A DNA stretch of 63,467 bases, the filler included, from Craspedostauros australis (Eukaryota): NCBI GenBank assembly GCA_030167865.1. It is 9 parts of 9 records of this genome, joined end to end, with 100 filler letters (N's around TTAATTAATTAA, not from the genome) between each part and the next. Parts side by side here need not be neighbours in the genome. Positions count along the whole stretch, not along the records: positions 30,139 to 37,484 come from JALAGF010003617.1; positions 37,585 to 40,051 come from JALAGF010003618.1; positions 40,152 to 42,618 come from JALAGF010003619.1; positions 42,719 to 48,114 come from JALAGF010003620.1; 5 more parts are not named here. One strand, written 5' to 3'. The translations under genes and the position numbers were made by a program. Below are positions 35,587-48,067 of this stretch, piece by piece (the first letter of the stretch is position 1; the number at the start of each line of letters is the position of its first letter). The notes under the pieces were generated by a model that was not told the origin of the DNA, searched no databases, and saw only the letters and a program-made list of their open reading frames with translations.

Positions 35587-37584
35587 AGTGGAGCGAGGAG
35601 GAGCAGAGTGTGGGATGGGATTGGGGTCGCAGTATTTGATTGATCTGTTTGACCCACGAAATGGAACAGGAGAAGAACGAGGACATGAGCCTCCAAAGCG
35701 GACTCTTTGTTGGATTCTGCTTGGCTGGGTGTACGTGCGGTACGAGCAACGCATGTGCGCCATGCTCTTGCCTTCGCGTAGATCGTACCCGTATGGTATC
35801 CACATACTCTAGAACGCTTTTCATAGCCTGGAGTCCTTTGTGGAATCATGTGTAGATTTTCAGTCATGTGTGCAGGAAGTTGTTCGGAAAACACCAGCGG
35901 CGCAGTTGGATTCATGTGCTGCCTGCCGACGCGGATCGGTGGGGGAAGCCTTGCAAACTGCTGGTTCAGGATAACCGTTTGATGCAGTTCACATGGAGTG
36001 TGCTTGTCAAAGCAGAGTGAAAGTACAATGGATAAGAGTGATGTTTGTTGTACTAGTCTCATGTTTGTTTTATGAGTTTGTTAGTTGTAGTGGTGGGATG
36101 AAGAAATGATGCTCACATGGCCGTCACGGCTCTGCACTGATCCTCGTGGTTCAGTGTGCTGAGGGCAGACTCACTGCTTCTTCTGTTACTCTGTCTTCAA
36201 TCCATTGTTGCATTGCAAAGTAGAGCACGACAGTTCAGCATTCTGTTGAAGTTGCAATCAAGTGGTTGCAGCTGTTGTCAGCCGGAATTCGCTATTGGAT
36301 TCCCTGCCATCGTTGAAGCAGGTTGGATCTCCAAGGCATTGCTGTCATGATGCTGTTGATGTTGTAGTCCAAAAAGGGAATCGAGAAGGTTTGCAATTCA
36401 ATAGATCTGAAGAGTACATAGCACCCAGATCGTTTGAACCAGATCAATCATAGTACAGATGCAGACAATGACTCATTGATGAAGAAGAAGAAGAGGAGAA
36501 GTAGGAGGGAATTGCAGTCATCGGGGTCGGAACGTTTGTGTCGTGCTATTTTCGACCATCAAAGTGGGACATCAGATGTCTGAAGGTCATCTGTCCCTGA
36601 CTGAATTCCATTCCGTTGTTCGCTTCACGTTCTGCATGTGCACTACTCCACGAATAGACACGTATCATGACGAATCTGGACTATGCCTAGTTCATACAAT
36701 GCACCATACGATCATTCAACAAAGAATCCTCATAGTTGTACTCTGCAGATTCTTCTCCCAAGATGAATCCAATTCTTTTCGCGGGTCACATCCAAACAGA
36801 GAAGGCAGCCAAAGGGAAGTCGTGTGCATCGAGGGATGATACGCAGCAGAGTAGGTATTATATGCTCTATCATTTCGCCCGCGAGAGCAGAGACACACTT
36901 CCCCCTGTCTTGCCAAGAAATGTCTGAGACCGAAGTAACCGGCGGTTCATTGTCACGATGCCTCAAGGTCGAACGTGCCTCGAGTACTCGCACATGTGTG
37001 TACGAGTATGTGGGGACGATGATTGGCTGTGTTTCTTCGTTGTCGTTCGTGAAGAGAGCAGGATGCGTAGTCGTCATCACCCCAATCGAATCAAGAAGAA
37101 TAAGGAGTCTTCGAGTGTTTACTACACGAGTACGAGACAAGGATCCCATGTTGATGGAACAGTGCCTTATGCCAGCAGACGATTGAGGGATAATTGTAGA
37201 TTATGATTACCTTCCTTCCTTCTTGCCTCCACCTGCTCTACTTTGCGTTACTCCACAAGTAGCGCACTCTGCCATGCCGTCTCTGCTTANTCCGTGCCTG
37301 TTCCAAGAACCACGCCTGAATTCCAAACCTGCGCCACCTGGTCGCTCATTTACTTGCTTCCATGTTTTGGCATCAAGTTTGGTGGTGGCATGTTTTCCAT
37401 ATGTTGGCCCTGCAGTTACGACTGAGTTGAGTCTTGCATGGTTGGACTCGACTGACTGGTCTCAGTCACGGACGTTACCGGACTNNNNNNNNNNNNNNNN
37501 NNNNNNNNNNNNNNNNNNNNNNNNNNNNTTAATTAATTAANNNNNNNNNNNNNNNNNNNNNNNNNNNNNNNNNNNNNNNNNNNN

Positions 37585-40051
37585 ACGCTGCATGAGTACT
37601 ACGACATGCGTACTGGCCGGTTTAAGCGAGCAGGCAACATTGTCTTCGATGAGGCGCATTTTTCGTCCCACGACAGGCCACCTGGCCCGCAGCTACTCTT
37701 CGATTTGGGTTTCGAGCAACCAAGTGCTGACGCACAACCTGATGCTGTCGTCACTGGCGCCGCTTATCCTCCGTCCCGGTCCAAGATTGCGAAAACACCG
37801 CCGATTGCGTGTCGCATCCCACTTCCTCTTGGTGATCTGGTTGACCGAGCTGCACAGCATGCTTCTGCTGCAATGTGTCAGACCACCCATGCAGCGCACA
37901 CGGTCGACATCGAAATGGCCGATGATCCTTTCGGGTACAGCTTCGATCAGGTGGTCGCAATCGCTGGCTCGGATGGCACGCTTGGGATGGAATTCACTCA
38001 CGATGCCCAGCGTGATCGTCTTGTGCTAGTGATGTGCAGGCCAGGACAACCGTCTGCTCGCATTCCGCGATGGCGGTCCCGGCTTCGACACTCACACCTC
38101 CTTGCGGTGGATGGTGTTGATGTGCACACACTGGCGCAGCTCAAGACGCGGATACAGCAGCTCCGTGATGCCAAGGCTACCAGTGCCACGTTCGTATTCG
38201 CATTCGATGATGTGCGCAACGCGATGTCTCAAACTGGCGTGCCCCAGATGTACTTCGATCAACTCAGGCATGTCCAGGACATCATTGAGTCAGCTCGTCC
38301 CACAGCTCACGCTACCAGCGTTGCGAGTGCCCCGACAAAGTTGACTCGGCGTACGCTTCGACAGCAGGATGACTGGCCCGAGTGGAGCGCCGCTGAAGAC
38401 AAGCAGCTTGATCAATACGATGCGCAGCAGATGTTTGGAGACCCTGTGCTACCACCGGCCGACGCTGCGGTGTTCAACTGGGTGTGGGTATACGTCGTCA
38501 AGACTCACGAAAACAATCGCAAGAAAGCTCGTGCTGTTTGTGATGGATCAACCCGTGGCGGACACGCTCGGATCTTTGGGCACACCTACGCTGCTACGCC
38601 GGATCTAACCGAGTTCCGTATTCTTCTGGCCATTGCGGCGATACAGGGTCTACGGGTATACGGCTCTGATGTCACCAATGCGTTCGCGGAGGCTCCTGCT
38701 GGAGAACAACGGTACTACATGAGGGTGGATGAGCAGTACCGCACTTGGTGGGAGAAGCGACGGGGCAAACTCATGCCACGAGGAGCCGTGATTCCAGTCC
38801 TCAAGAACCTTCAGGGACATCCCGAGGCGCCCCGACAGTGGAGCTGTCATGTCAATGGCCTTCTGAAGCGCATGGGTTTCCATGGTACCACGCATGCTCC
38901 CTGCCTTTACATGGGACGCGTCCTTTCTTCCAAGGTCTACGTGCTTCGACAAGTGGATGATTTCGCAGTTGCCGCCACCAACGAGGCCGTCTTCAGCGCG
39001 TTCTGCGACTTGTTGGACAAACATCTCTTCCAGCCCATGACGCGACAAGGCCTCATTGTTCATTACAATGGTTTGGACGTCGATCAGACCCAGGATTTCG
39101 TCAAGGTGCACTGCACTTCCTACATTGACAAGGTGCTGGAGCGGTACCAGTGGCAGAACTTCAAGACCACACAGCGGTTGCCCATGCGGTCCGACAATTC
39201 TTATGTCAAGAGTCTGGATAAGGCGGTGCTCCCAGTCGATGACGATGAGCGACTTCGTGTGGCAAGCCAGTTCAAGTTCGGGTACAGGCAGGCTATTGGC
39301 GAGCTGATATGGGCGATGATTTCATGTCGGCCTGACATTTCTTTCCCCGTCGTGAAGCTCTCGCAGTTCTCCGCCAACCCAGCTGCTCTACATTTTGAAG
39401 GGGTGAAGTATCTCATGCGGTATGTCGCTGGCACGCGCGACCACGGTGTCACCTACTGGAGGATACAGCCACTCATGAGTCTCCCCGCAGCACCCCGCCC
39501 AGTCCGCCTTTCGCCGACCGATGATGCCGTCCACGATGCCACCGGCATACAACATCTTGATGCCTCAACGTTGTACGGGTACACTGATGCGGATTGGGGC
39601 GTCGACATCCGACATCGACGGTCGGTCACAGGCATCATTTACATATTTGGTGGAGCTGCTGTGGCATGGAAAACCCGAGTTCAACCTACGGTCTCGCTCA
39701 GTAGCACTGAGGCCGAGTTCGTCGCAGCCAGCGACGCCGGCCGCATGGCCTTGTGGCTTCGATCCATTCTCGATGAAGTGGAGGTGAAGCAGCAGTATGC
39801 GACTATGATCTTCGAGGACAACCGCGGTGCTCGGCTGATGGCCAGCGCCAGTCAGCCTACCCGGAATTCGCGCCACATAGCGATCCGAGAGTTCGCGGTC
39901 CTCGATTGGGTGGAAAGAGATCTCCTGACATACCCAGAAGTCGCATCAGACCTGAATGCATCCGACATATGCACGAAACAGACACCTGTGGCTCTGTACT
40001 TTCGGCACATCGACCTTGTTATGGGTCGGCTTGTGCCCTTCTATGTACGCA
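37585..40051 (+). mobile_element. Ty1/Copia family A pol fragment (integrase tail, PDZ-like domain, RT, RNase H)
   Basis: KARAVCDG, SDVTNAF, LQGHPEAPRQW, RQVDDF, CRPDI, YTDADWG..RRSVTG, SLSSTEAEF, FEDN, NASDICTK. Confidence 0.95.
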
Positions 40052-40151
40052 NNNNNNNNNNNNNNNNNNNNNNNNNNNNNNNNNNNNNNNNNNNNTTAAT
40101 TAATTAANNNNNNNNNNNNNNNNNNNNNNNNNNNNNNNNNNNNNNNNNNNN

Positions 40152-42618
40152 ACGCTGCATGAGTACTACGACATGCGTACTGGCCGGTTTAAGCGAGCAG
40201 GCAACATTGTCTTCGATGAGGCGCATTTTTCGTCCCACGACAGGCCACCTGGCCCGCAGCTACTCTTCGATTTGGGTTTCGAGCAACCAAGTGCTGACGC
40301 ACAACCTGATGCTGTCGTCACTGGCGCCGCTTATCCTCCGTCCCGGTCCAAGATTGCGAAAACACCGCCGATTGCGTGTCGCATCCCACTTCCTCTTGGT
40401 GATCTGGTTGACCGAGCTGCACAGCATGCTTCTGCTGCAATGTGTCAGACCACCCATGCAGCGCACACGGTCGACATCGAAATGGCCGATGATCCTTTCG
40501 GGTACAGCTTCGATCAGGTGGTCGCAATCGCTGGCTCGGATGGCACGCTTGGGATGGAATTCACTCACGATGCCCAGCGTGATCGTCTTGTGCTAGTGAT
40601 GTGCAGGCCAGGACAACCGTCTGCTCGCATTCCGCGATGGCGGTCCCGGCTTCGACACTCACACCTCCTTGCGGTGGATGGTGTTGATGTGCACACACTG
40701 GCGCAGCTCAAGACGCGGATACAGCAGCTCCGTGATGCCAAGGCTACCAGTGCCACGTTCGTATTCGCATTCGATGATGTGCGCAACGCGATGTCTCAAA
40801 CTGGCGTGCCCCAGATGTACTTCGATCAACTCAGGCATGTCCAGGACATCATTGAGTCAGCTCGTCCCACAGCTCACGCTACCAGCGTTGCGAGTGCCCC
40901 GACAAAGTTGACTCGGCGTACGCTTCGACAGCAGGATGACTGGCCCGAGTGGAGCGCCGCTGAAGACAAGCAGCTTGATCAATACGATGCGCAGCAGATG
41001 TTTGGAGACCCTGTGCTACCACCGGCCGACGCTGCGGTGTTCAACTGGGTGTGGGTATACGTCGTCAAGACTCACGAAAACAATCGCAAGAAAGCTCGTG
41101 CTGTTTGTGATGGATCAACCCGTGGCGGACACGCTCGGATCTTTGGGCACACCTACGCTGCTACGCCGGATCTAACCGAGTTCCGTATTCTTCTGGCCAT
41201 TGCGGCGATACAGGGTCTACGGGTATACGGCTCTGATGTCACCAATGCGTTCGCGGAGGCTCCTGCTGGAGAACAACGGTACTACATGAGGGTGGATGAG
41301 CAGTACCGCACTTGGTGGGAGAAGCGACGGGGCAAACTCATGCCACGAGGAGCCGTGATTCCAGTCCTCAAGAACCTTCAGGGACATCCCGAGGCGCCCC
41401 GACAGTGGAGCTGTCATGTCAATGGCCTTCTGAAGCGCATGGGTTTCCATGGTACCACGCATGCTCCCTGCCTTTACATGGGACGCGTCCTTTCTTCCAA
41501 GGTCTACGTGCTTCGACAAGTGGATGATTTCGCAGTTGCCGCCACCAACGAGGCCGTCTTCAGCGCGTTCTGCGACTTGTTGGACAAACATCTCTTCCAG
41601 CCCATGACGCGACAAGGCCTCATTGTTCATTACAATGGTTTGGACGTCGATCAGACCCAGGATTTCGTCAAGGTGCACTGCACTTCCTACATTGACAAGG
41701 TGCTGGAGCGGTACCAGTGGCAGAACTTCAAGACCACACAGCGGTTGCCCATGCGGTCCGACAATTCTTATGTCAAGAGTCTGGATAAGGCGGTGCTCCC
41801 AGTCGATGACGATGAGCGACTTCGTGTGGCAAGCCAGTTCAAGTTCGGGTACAGGCAGGCTATTGGCGAGCTGATATGGGCGATGATTTCATGTCGGCCT
41901 GACATTTCTTTCCCCGTCGTGAAGCTCTCGCAGTTCTCCGCCAACCCAGCTGCTCTACATTTTGAAGGGGTGAAGTATCTCATGCGGTATGTCGCTGGCA
42001 CGCGCGACCACGGTGTCACCTACTGGAGGATACAGCCACTCATGAGTCTCCCCGCAGCACCCCGCCCAGTCCGCCTTTCGCCGACCGATGATGCCGTCCA
42101 CGATGCCACCGGCATACAACATCTTGATGCCTCAACGTTGTACGGGTACACTGATGCGGATTGGGGCGTCGACATCCGACATCGGCGGTCGGTCACAGGC
42201 ATCATTTACATATTTGGTGGAGCTGCTGTGGCATGGAAGACCCGAGTTCAACCTACGGTCTCGCTCAGTAGCACTGAGGCCGAATTCGTCGCAGCCAGCG
42301 ACGCCGGCCGCATGGCCTTGTGGCTTCGATCCATTCTCGATGAAGTGGGGGTGAAGCAGCAGTATGCGACTATGATCTTCGAGGACAACCGCGGTGCTCG
42401 GCTGATGGCCAGCGCCAGTCAGCCTACCCGGAATTCGCGCCACATAGCGATCCGAGAGTTCGCGGTCCTCGATTGGGTGGAAAGAGATCTCCTGACATAC
42501 CCAGAAGTCGCATCAGACCTGAATGCATCCGACATATGCACGAAACAGACACCTGTGGCTCTGTACTTTCGGCACATCGACCTTGTTATGGGTCGGCTTG
42601 TGCCCTTCTATGTACGCA
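40152..42618 (+). mobile_element. Ty1/Copia family A pol fragment, near-identical variant of 37585-40051
   Basis: Same start and end points; only a few A/G differences, in RNase H. Confidence 0.95.
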
Positions 42619-42718
42619 NNNNNNNNNNNNNNNNNNNNNNNNNNNNNNNNNNNNNNNNNNNNTTAATTAATTAANNNNNNNNNNNNNNNNNNNNNNNNNN
42701 NNNNNNNNNNNNNNNNNN

Positions 42719-45700
42719 CGATGTCGGATGTCGACGCCCCAATCCGCATCAGTGTACCCGTACAACGTTGAGGCATCAAGATGTTGTATGCCGGTGGCAT
42801 CGTGGACGGCATCATCGGTCGGCGAAAGGCGGACTGGGCGGGGTGCTGCGGGGAGACTCATGAGTGGCTGTATCCTCCAGTAGGTGACACCGTGGTCGCG
42901 CGTGCCAGCGACATACCGCATGAGATACTTCACCCCTTCAAAATGTAGAGCAGCTGGGTTGGCGGAGAACTGCGAGAGCTTCACGACGGGGAAAGAAATG
43001 TCAGGCCGACATGAAATCATCGCCCATATCAGCTCGCCAATAGCCTGCCTGTACCCGAACTTGAACTGGCTTGCCACACGAAGTCGCTCATCGTCATCGA
43101 CTGGGAGCACCGCCTTATCCAGACTCTTGACATAAGAATTGTCGGACCGCATGGGCAACCGCTGTGTGGTCTTGAAGTTCTGCCACTGGTACCGCTCCAG
43201 CACCTTGTCAATGTAGGAAGTGCAGTGCACCTTGACGAAATCCTGGGTCTGATCGACGTCCAAACCATTGTAATGAACAATGAGGCCTTGTCGCGTCATG
43301 GGCTGGAAGAGATGTTTGTCCAACAAGTCGCAGAACGCGCTGAAGACGGCCTCGTTGGTGGCGGCAACTGCGAAATCATCCACTTGTCGAAGCACGTAGA
43401 CCTTGGAAGAAAGGACGCGTCCCATGTAAAGGCAGGGAGCATGCGTGGTACCATGGAAACCCATGCGCTTCAGAAGGCCATTGACATGACAGCTCCACTG
43501 TCGGGGCGCCTCGGGATGTCCCTGAAGGTTCTTGAGGACTGGAATCACGGCTCCTCGTGGCATGAGTTTGCCCCGTCGCTTCTCCCACCAAGTGCGGTAC
43601 TGCTCATCCACCCTCATGTAGTACCGTTGTTCTCCAGCAGGAGCCTCCGCGAACGCATTGGTGACATCAGAGCCGTATACCCGTAGACCCTGTATCGCCG
43701 CAATGGCCAGAAGAATACGGAACTCGGTTAGATCCGGCGTAGCAGCGTAGGTGTGCCCAAAGATCCGAGCGTGTCCGCCACGGGTTGATCCATCACAAAC
43801 AGCACGAGCTTTCTTGCGATTGTTTTCGTGAGTCTTGACGACGTATACCCACACCCAGTTGAACACCGCAGCGTCGGCCGGTGGTAGCACAGGGTCTCCA
43901 AACATCTGCTGCGCATCGTATTGATCAAGCTGCTTGTCTTCAGCGGCGCTCCACTCGGGCCAGTCATCCTGCTGTCGAAGCGTACGCCGAGTCAACTTTG
44001 TCGGGGCACTCGCAACGCTGGTAGCGTGAGCTGTGGGACGAGCTGACTCAATGATGTCCTGGACATGCCTGAGTTGATCGAAGTACATCTGGGGCACGCC
44101 AGTTTGAGACATCGCGTTGCGCACATCATCGAATGCGAATACGAACGTGGCACTGGTAGCCTTGGCATCACGGAGCTGCTGTATCCGCGTCTTGAGCTGC
44201 GCCAGTGTGTGCACATCAACACCATCCACCGCAAGGAGGTGTGAGTGTCGAAGCCGGGACCGCCATCGCGGAATGCGAGCAGACGGTTGTCCTGGCCTGC
44301 ACATCACTAGCACAAGACGATCACGCTGGGCATCGTGAGTGAATTCCATCCCAAGCGTGCCATCCGAGCCAGCGATTGCGACCACCTGATCGAAGCTGTA
44401 CCCGAAAGGATCATCGGCCATTTCGATGTCGACCGTGTGCGCTGCATGGGTGGTCTGACACATTGCAGCAGAAGCATGCTGTGCAGCTCGGTCAACCAGA
44501 TCACCAAGAGGAAGTGGGATGCGACACGCAATCGGCGGTGTTTTCGCAATCTTGGACCGGGACGGAGGATAAGCGGCGCCAGTGACGACAGCATCAGGTT
44601 GTGCGTCAGCACTTGGTTGCTCGAAACCCAAATCGAAGAGTAGCTGCGGGCCAGGTGGCCTGTCGTGGGACGAAAAATGCGCCTCATCGAAGACAATGTT
44701 GCCTGCTCGCTTAAACCGGCCAGTACGCATGTCGTAGTACTCATGCAGCGTCGACGTAGCCGTGTGCCCGACAAAGATGCCATCGTAGGTATGCGCATCA
44801 AGCTTGGCGGCAGCCTTCCCCGGCTTCTTGACCGTGACTCGAGACCCGAACACACGCAGGTGCGACAGATCTGGAACAACCCCATGCTGGCGCTGATAAG
44901 GTGTCATGCGAATGCCTGAATGGTAGAGCCGATTCTTGATGTACACCGCATGTGCCAGAGCCTTCGACCAGAAGTGTGGCTGCATGCCAGACGAGTACAA
45001 CAGGGCGCGTACCATTGTGCCAAACGTCCTGTTGAGGCGCTCGACTTTGCCATTCATCCACGCACAGTCCGCGCCAGTGGGCTCCACAGTGTACCCGCAC
45101 TCGAATACCATCTCGCGAAACTGATCTGACCTTGCAAGTTCGCCGCCCAAGTCGACGCGCACGGCACGATAGCCGTCGGAGCGCCCAAAGGACGAAAGCA
45201 CATGCCGAACAGCCGCAAGTGGTGGCGACTTGTCCTTGGTCATGAAAACCCACACGTAAGCAGTGAAGGCATCCACAACGAGCAGATAAGCGCAGTATCC
45301 ATCGATGGACTTCACCACTCGTGGCGTATTGTGGCCTGACTTCCCGCGTCCATACGCAGCGTTCGTGGCTCGCATGAACCCGAAGTCAACATGGAACCTG
45401 GCACCGCGCACGTTGGCTGTGGTAGTATCGTTGGGCCCACGTGCCGCATGTTGGTATCCAGCCTGGCTGCACGCGTCGCAATGCCGCAATGGATGCACTC
45501 CGGCGACTGCCGCATCAGGAATGCCAGTGGCACACTTGGTCAGGTGTCGGAGCTGGCTCATGCCAACATGTCCCAGCCGAAGATGCCACAGCTCGGACAC
45601 AAGAGCCTTGGACGCCTTGCGGACGGAGAACACTTGGTGAGATGGTCCTTCGAAGTAATAGAGCCCGTTACGAACCACCAAAGGTATCTCCACACGGCCA

Positions 45701-46254
45701 GCCTCCGACGTGAACACGACTTTGGCACCGTGGGGTTCGGACTCGACGCAGAAGCCGTGAAAGTCATTGTCGGTTTGACGAACGACTGCTTGGGGTGATA
45801 TCAGGGTGTCCGCCAGGTGTGGGCAGTGCAGCATTCTCACGTCCACATGTACTCCATCAGAGCCATGCAGCCGCATGAATCCCGCACCTGGACATGCCAT
45901 GGCCGGAGCCGACGCATTGGCAGCTTCCAGCAACACTGGCGTCGCAAAAGTGCCGTATTCCCGCAGCAGTCGTAGGTGGGGCGTGGCGGAAACATTGGCC
46001 CCAGGGTCGCACTGGCCGTTGTCCTGACGCCGCCATGCACGTTGGCCACATGGCGAGGACACGACCGCAAAAACCTGGAGCTCGTCATGAGCCACAATGG
46101 GCACCAACTTGGATGGGCACCCGTGTTGGTAGGCTTGGGCAAGCGAAGACACCTCTCCACGTGGAGCGCCTACCGGTGTCTCGCATTCACCTGAAATTGC
46201 GCGTAGCTGTTCACCAGGGAGCGACGTTACTCCTGGCCAGCATGCACAAAATCC
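42719..46254 (-). CDS. pol: Copia family A Pol (-1 frame relative to gag; truncated by gap)
   Basis: PR QCDPGAN; LWHLRLGH..CDAC; integrase FHVDF, VVDAF, RVDLGGE, NGKVER; GIFVGH; RT RQVDD; RH YTDADW. Confidence 0.9.
46206..46254 (-). promoter_or_regulatory. Candidate -1 ribosomal frameshift signal (G_GAU_UUU plus downstream hairpin); copy at 51702-51750
   Basis: Gag codons CAG GAT TTT place the heptamer in slippery phase; the pol frame is open through it; stem GCUG/CCAGG..CCUGG/CAGC begins 6 nt downstream. Confidence 0.75.
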
Positions 46255-47933
46255 TGAAGGAGCATATTCGCAACGTGGGTCGCGATGTCCTCCTCGTCCA
46301 ACTCATCGACCGCCCCAAGGTCATCACTCGTCACCTGAAGGGCTCTTGCGAAGGCACGAGACTTGTCCTTGGTGTATGTATCCTTGAACTTCTCCAGCAC
46401 TGCTGATGCCAGGTCAGGCTTGGACTCACGGAGTTCAGCGAACGCCAGGTGCCGTGCCCAATTGAGACAGGAGGCAGCCTTGTGTCCACCACGGCGGCAA
46501 GCCTCGCAGAACGCGTCTTTATCAGGTTGATAAAACGCAGACCGCTTGCGCTCACCCTTGGGTCCACCACCACCGCCTTGTCGAGCAGATGAGCGGGTTT
46601 GAACACGGTGCCCAATGGGTCGATGAGCCGCGGTAGGGTCTGGGTGAATGGACCGAGCCAGTGCCGACACATGTAAGTGCGGTGGCACACGCTTGGACGC
46701 GGGCTGCAACTCCAGGGAAGTGATGAGGTGCCCTACGTCCATGCCATTCGAACGGAGATCCTCAAGAAACCGGCGAGTCAACTCGACATCGGTGAAATGC
46801 CGCTTGTGCACCACTGTCTCTGTCTGCTGGTATGCAAGCAGAGCATCTGCAAAGAGTACGATGTCCTTGTACTCCGAGTAAGTGGGTGCCTGGCTGACCG
46901 TGCGCTCAATTCGCTGGAACGCGTCGAGGAGCACCTGATGTAAGAGAAGATACCCAGAGAGCCGATGAGGAATGACCCCAAAACACGCAGTGTGGTACAT
47001 CTTCACAGACGGATTGTCAAGATCAAGGACGCCATCCTCCTGCAGCTTACGATTGAGCTGAACCCCGGACCGGTGTACGATGTCGCGCGGAGCATTCCTG
47101 GGAATGAGGGAGCACCTTGGGTTGAAATGCGAAAGGGGAACCAGGGCCACGCCAACACGATCTGCCTCACTCTGTAGGTGGGTGTACCACTTCATCACGT
47201 CGGCAGGATCATCGACAGACAACTGACTGGTCCACCGTTGCCAATAGCCCAACGCATCGCGATCGGGTTCGAGGGGAGACAGAATGGCGTCGTAGGTGAA
47301 GTGCGCGGTCGCGGCAGGGTTGCCATTGGCCACCGAGTACGGAAGGCCTGACCCAGTAATGTAGTCGTGCGACTCTCGTGGCTCACGCGCGGGCGCGGCA
47401 CCGGAGATGTCCAGCGGACTCTCAACGGTGGCACCTGGGGATTCACCAGGGGGCACGCGTACACCAGAACCATCCGCGGCAGGTCCATAGTGGCCAGCAG
47501 CGGTAGTGGTCACATCACTAGCAGCCAGAGCGCCTGTATCAGTGGGTGGAGACGGTGGTAGCACACTGGCACCTTCAGTAGGCGGAGGCGGCTTGAGGGA
47601 AAGGTTGACAGGAGTCGTCTTGCCGTCGCGCTTGAACTTGCGCAGGGTTTCGCGGTCAAGAGTGGTCACCCACGACTCGACGTCGGGATTGTCGCGATAA
47701 TACGCGCGGAGCTGGCGAAGACCAAACTCACGGGTTGGAGAGTTCTTTGCCCATGCGGCAAGAAACCCATCGAAGACGTCATCGTCCAACTCAAGGAAGT
47801 CCCAGAGGTCGAGGGTGTCTTGAATGTTAGCGCCAGTGACGAAGAGACCAGCCCAGTGCCAGTTGAGGCGGGCGAAGAGGTCCGAGAGACCTTTGAGTTC
47901 GTCAGAACTGAGAGGGTCGTTTTTGGCAGGCAT
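46227..47933 (-). CDS. gag: Copia family A Gag (568 aa)
   Basis: Zinc knuckle CEACRRGGHKAASC; lies between the PBS and pol. Confidence 0.88.
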   Translation of the reverse strand: MPAKNDPLSSDELKGLSDLFARLNWHWAGLFVTGANIQDTLDLWDFLELDDDVFDGFLAAWAKNSPTREFGLRQLRAYYRDNPDVESWVTTLDRETLRKFKRDGKTTPVNLSLKPPPPTEGASVLPPSPPTDTGALAASDVTTTAAGHYGPAADGSGVRVPPGESPGATVESPLDISGAAPAREPRESHDYITGSGLPYSVANGNPAATAHFTYDAILSPLEPDRDALGYWQRWTSQLSVDDPADVMKWYTHLQSEADRVGVALVPLSHFNPRCSLIPRNAPRDIVHRSGVQLNRKLQEDGVLDLDNPSVKMYHTACFGVIPHRLSGYLLLHQVLLDAFQRIERTVSQAPTYSEYKDIVLFADALLAYQQTETVVHKRHFTDVELTRRFLEDLRSNGMDVGHLITSLELQPASKRVPPHLHVSALARSIHPDPTAAHRPIGHRVQTRSSARQGGGGGPKGERKRSAFYQPDKDAFCEACRRGGHKAASCLNWARHLAFAELRESKPDLASAVLEKFKDTYTKDKSRAFARALQVTSDDLGAVDELDEEDIATHVANMLLQDFVHAGQE

Positions 47934-48058
47934 GATGGGGCAAAAGTGGAACGGGTGTAGAGAGCGAGGGAAGGAGCGAGAAAGGAAGCTGCGCGGATGG
48001 GTATTTCCAGTAACAGCAGAGGGTACAGAGTAGCAGGATTAGCACTAAAGCTTATTTC

Positions 48059-48067
48059 CTCATAACC
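48059..48067 (-). promoter_or_regulatory. Primer-binding site GGTTATGAG (half-tRNA-iMet type); copy at 53555-53563
   Basis: Immediately follows the LTR-like ..ACA end; complementary to the CUCAUAACC anticodon arm of initiator tRNA-Met. Confidence 0.7.

Noticed and set aside
37184..37484. Possible LTR edge (TGAGGG..) before the contig end
   Set aside because: No second copy, PBS or TSD in the window to support it.
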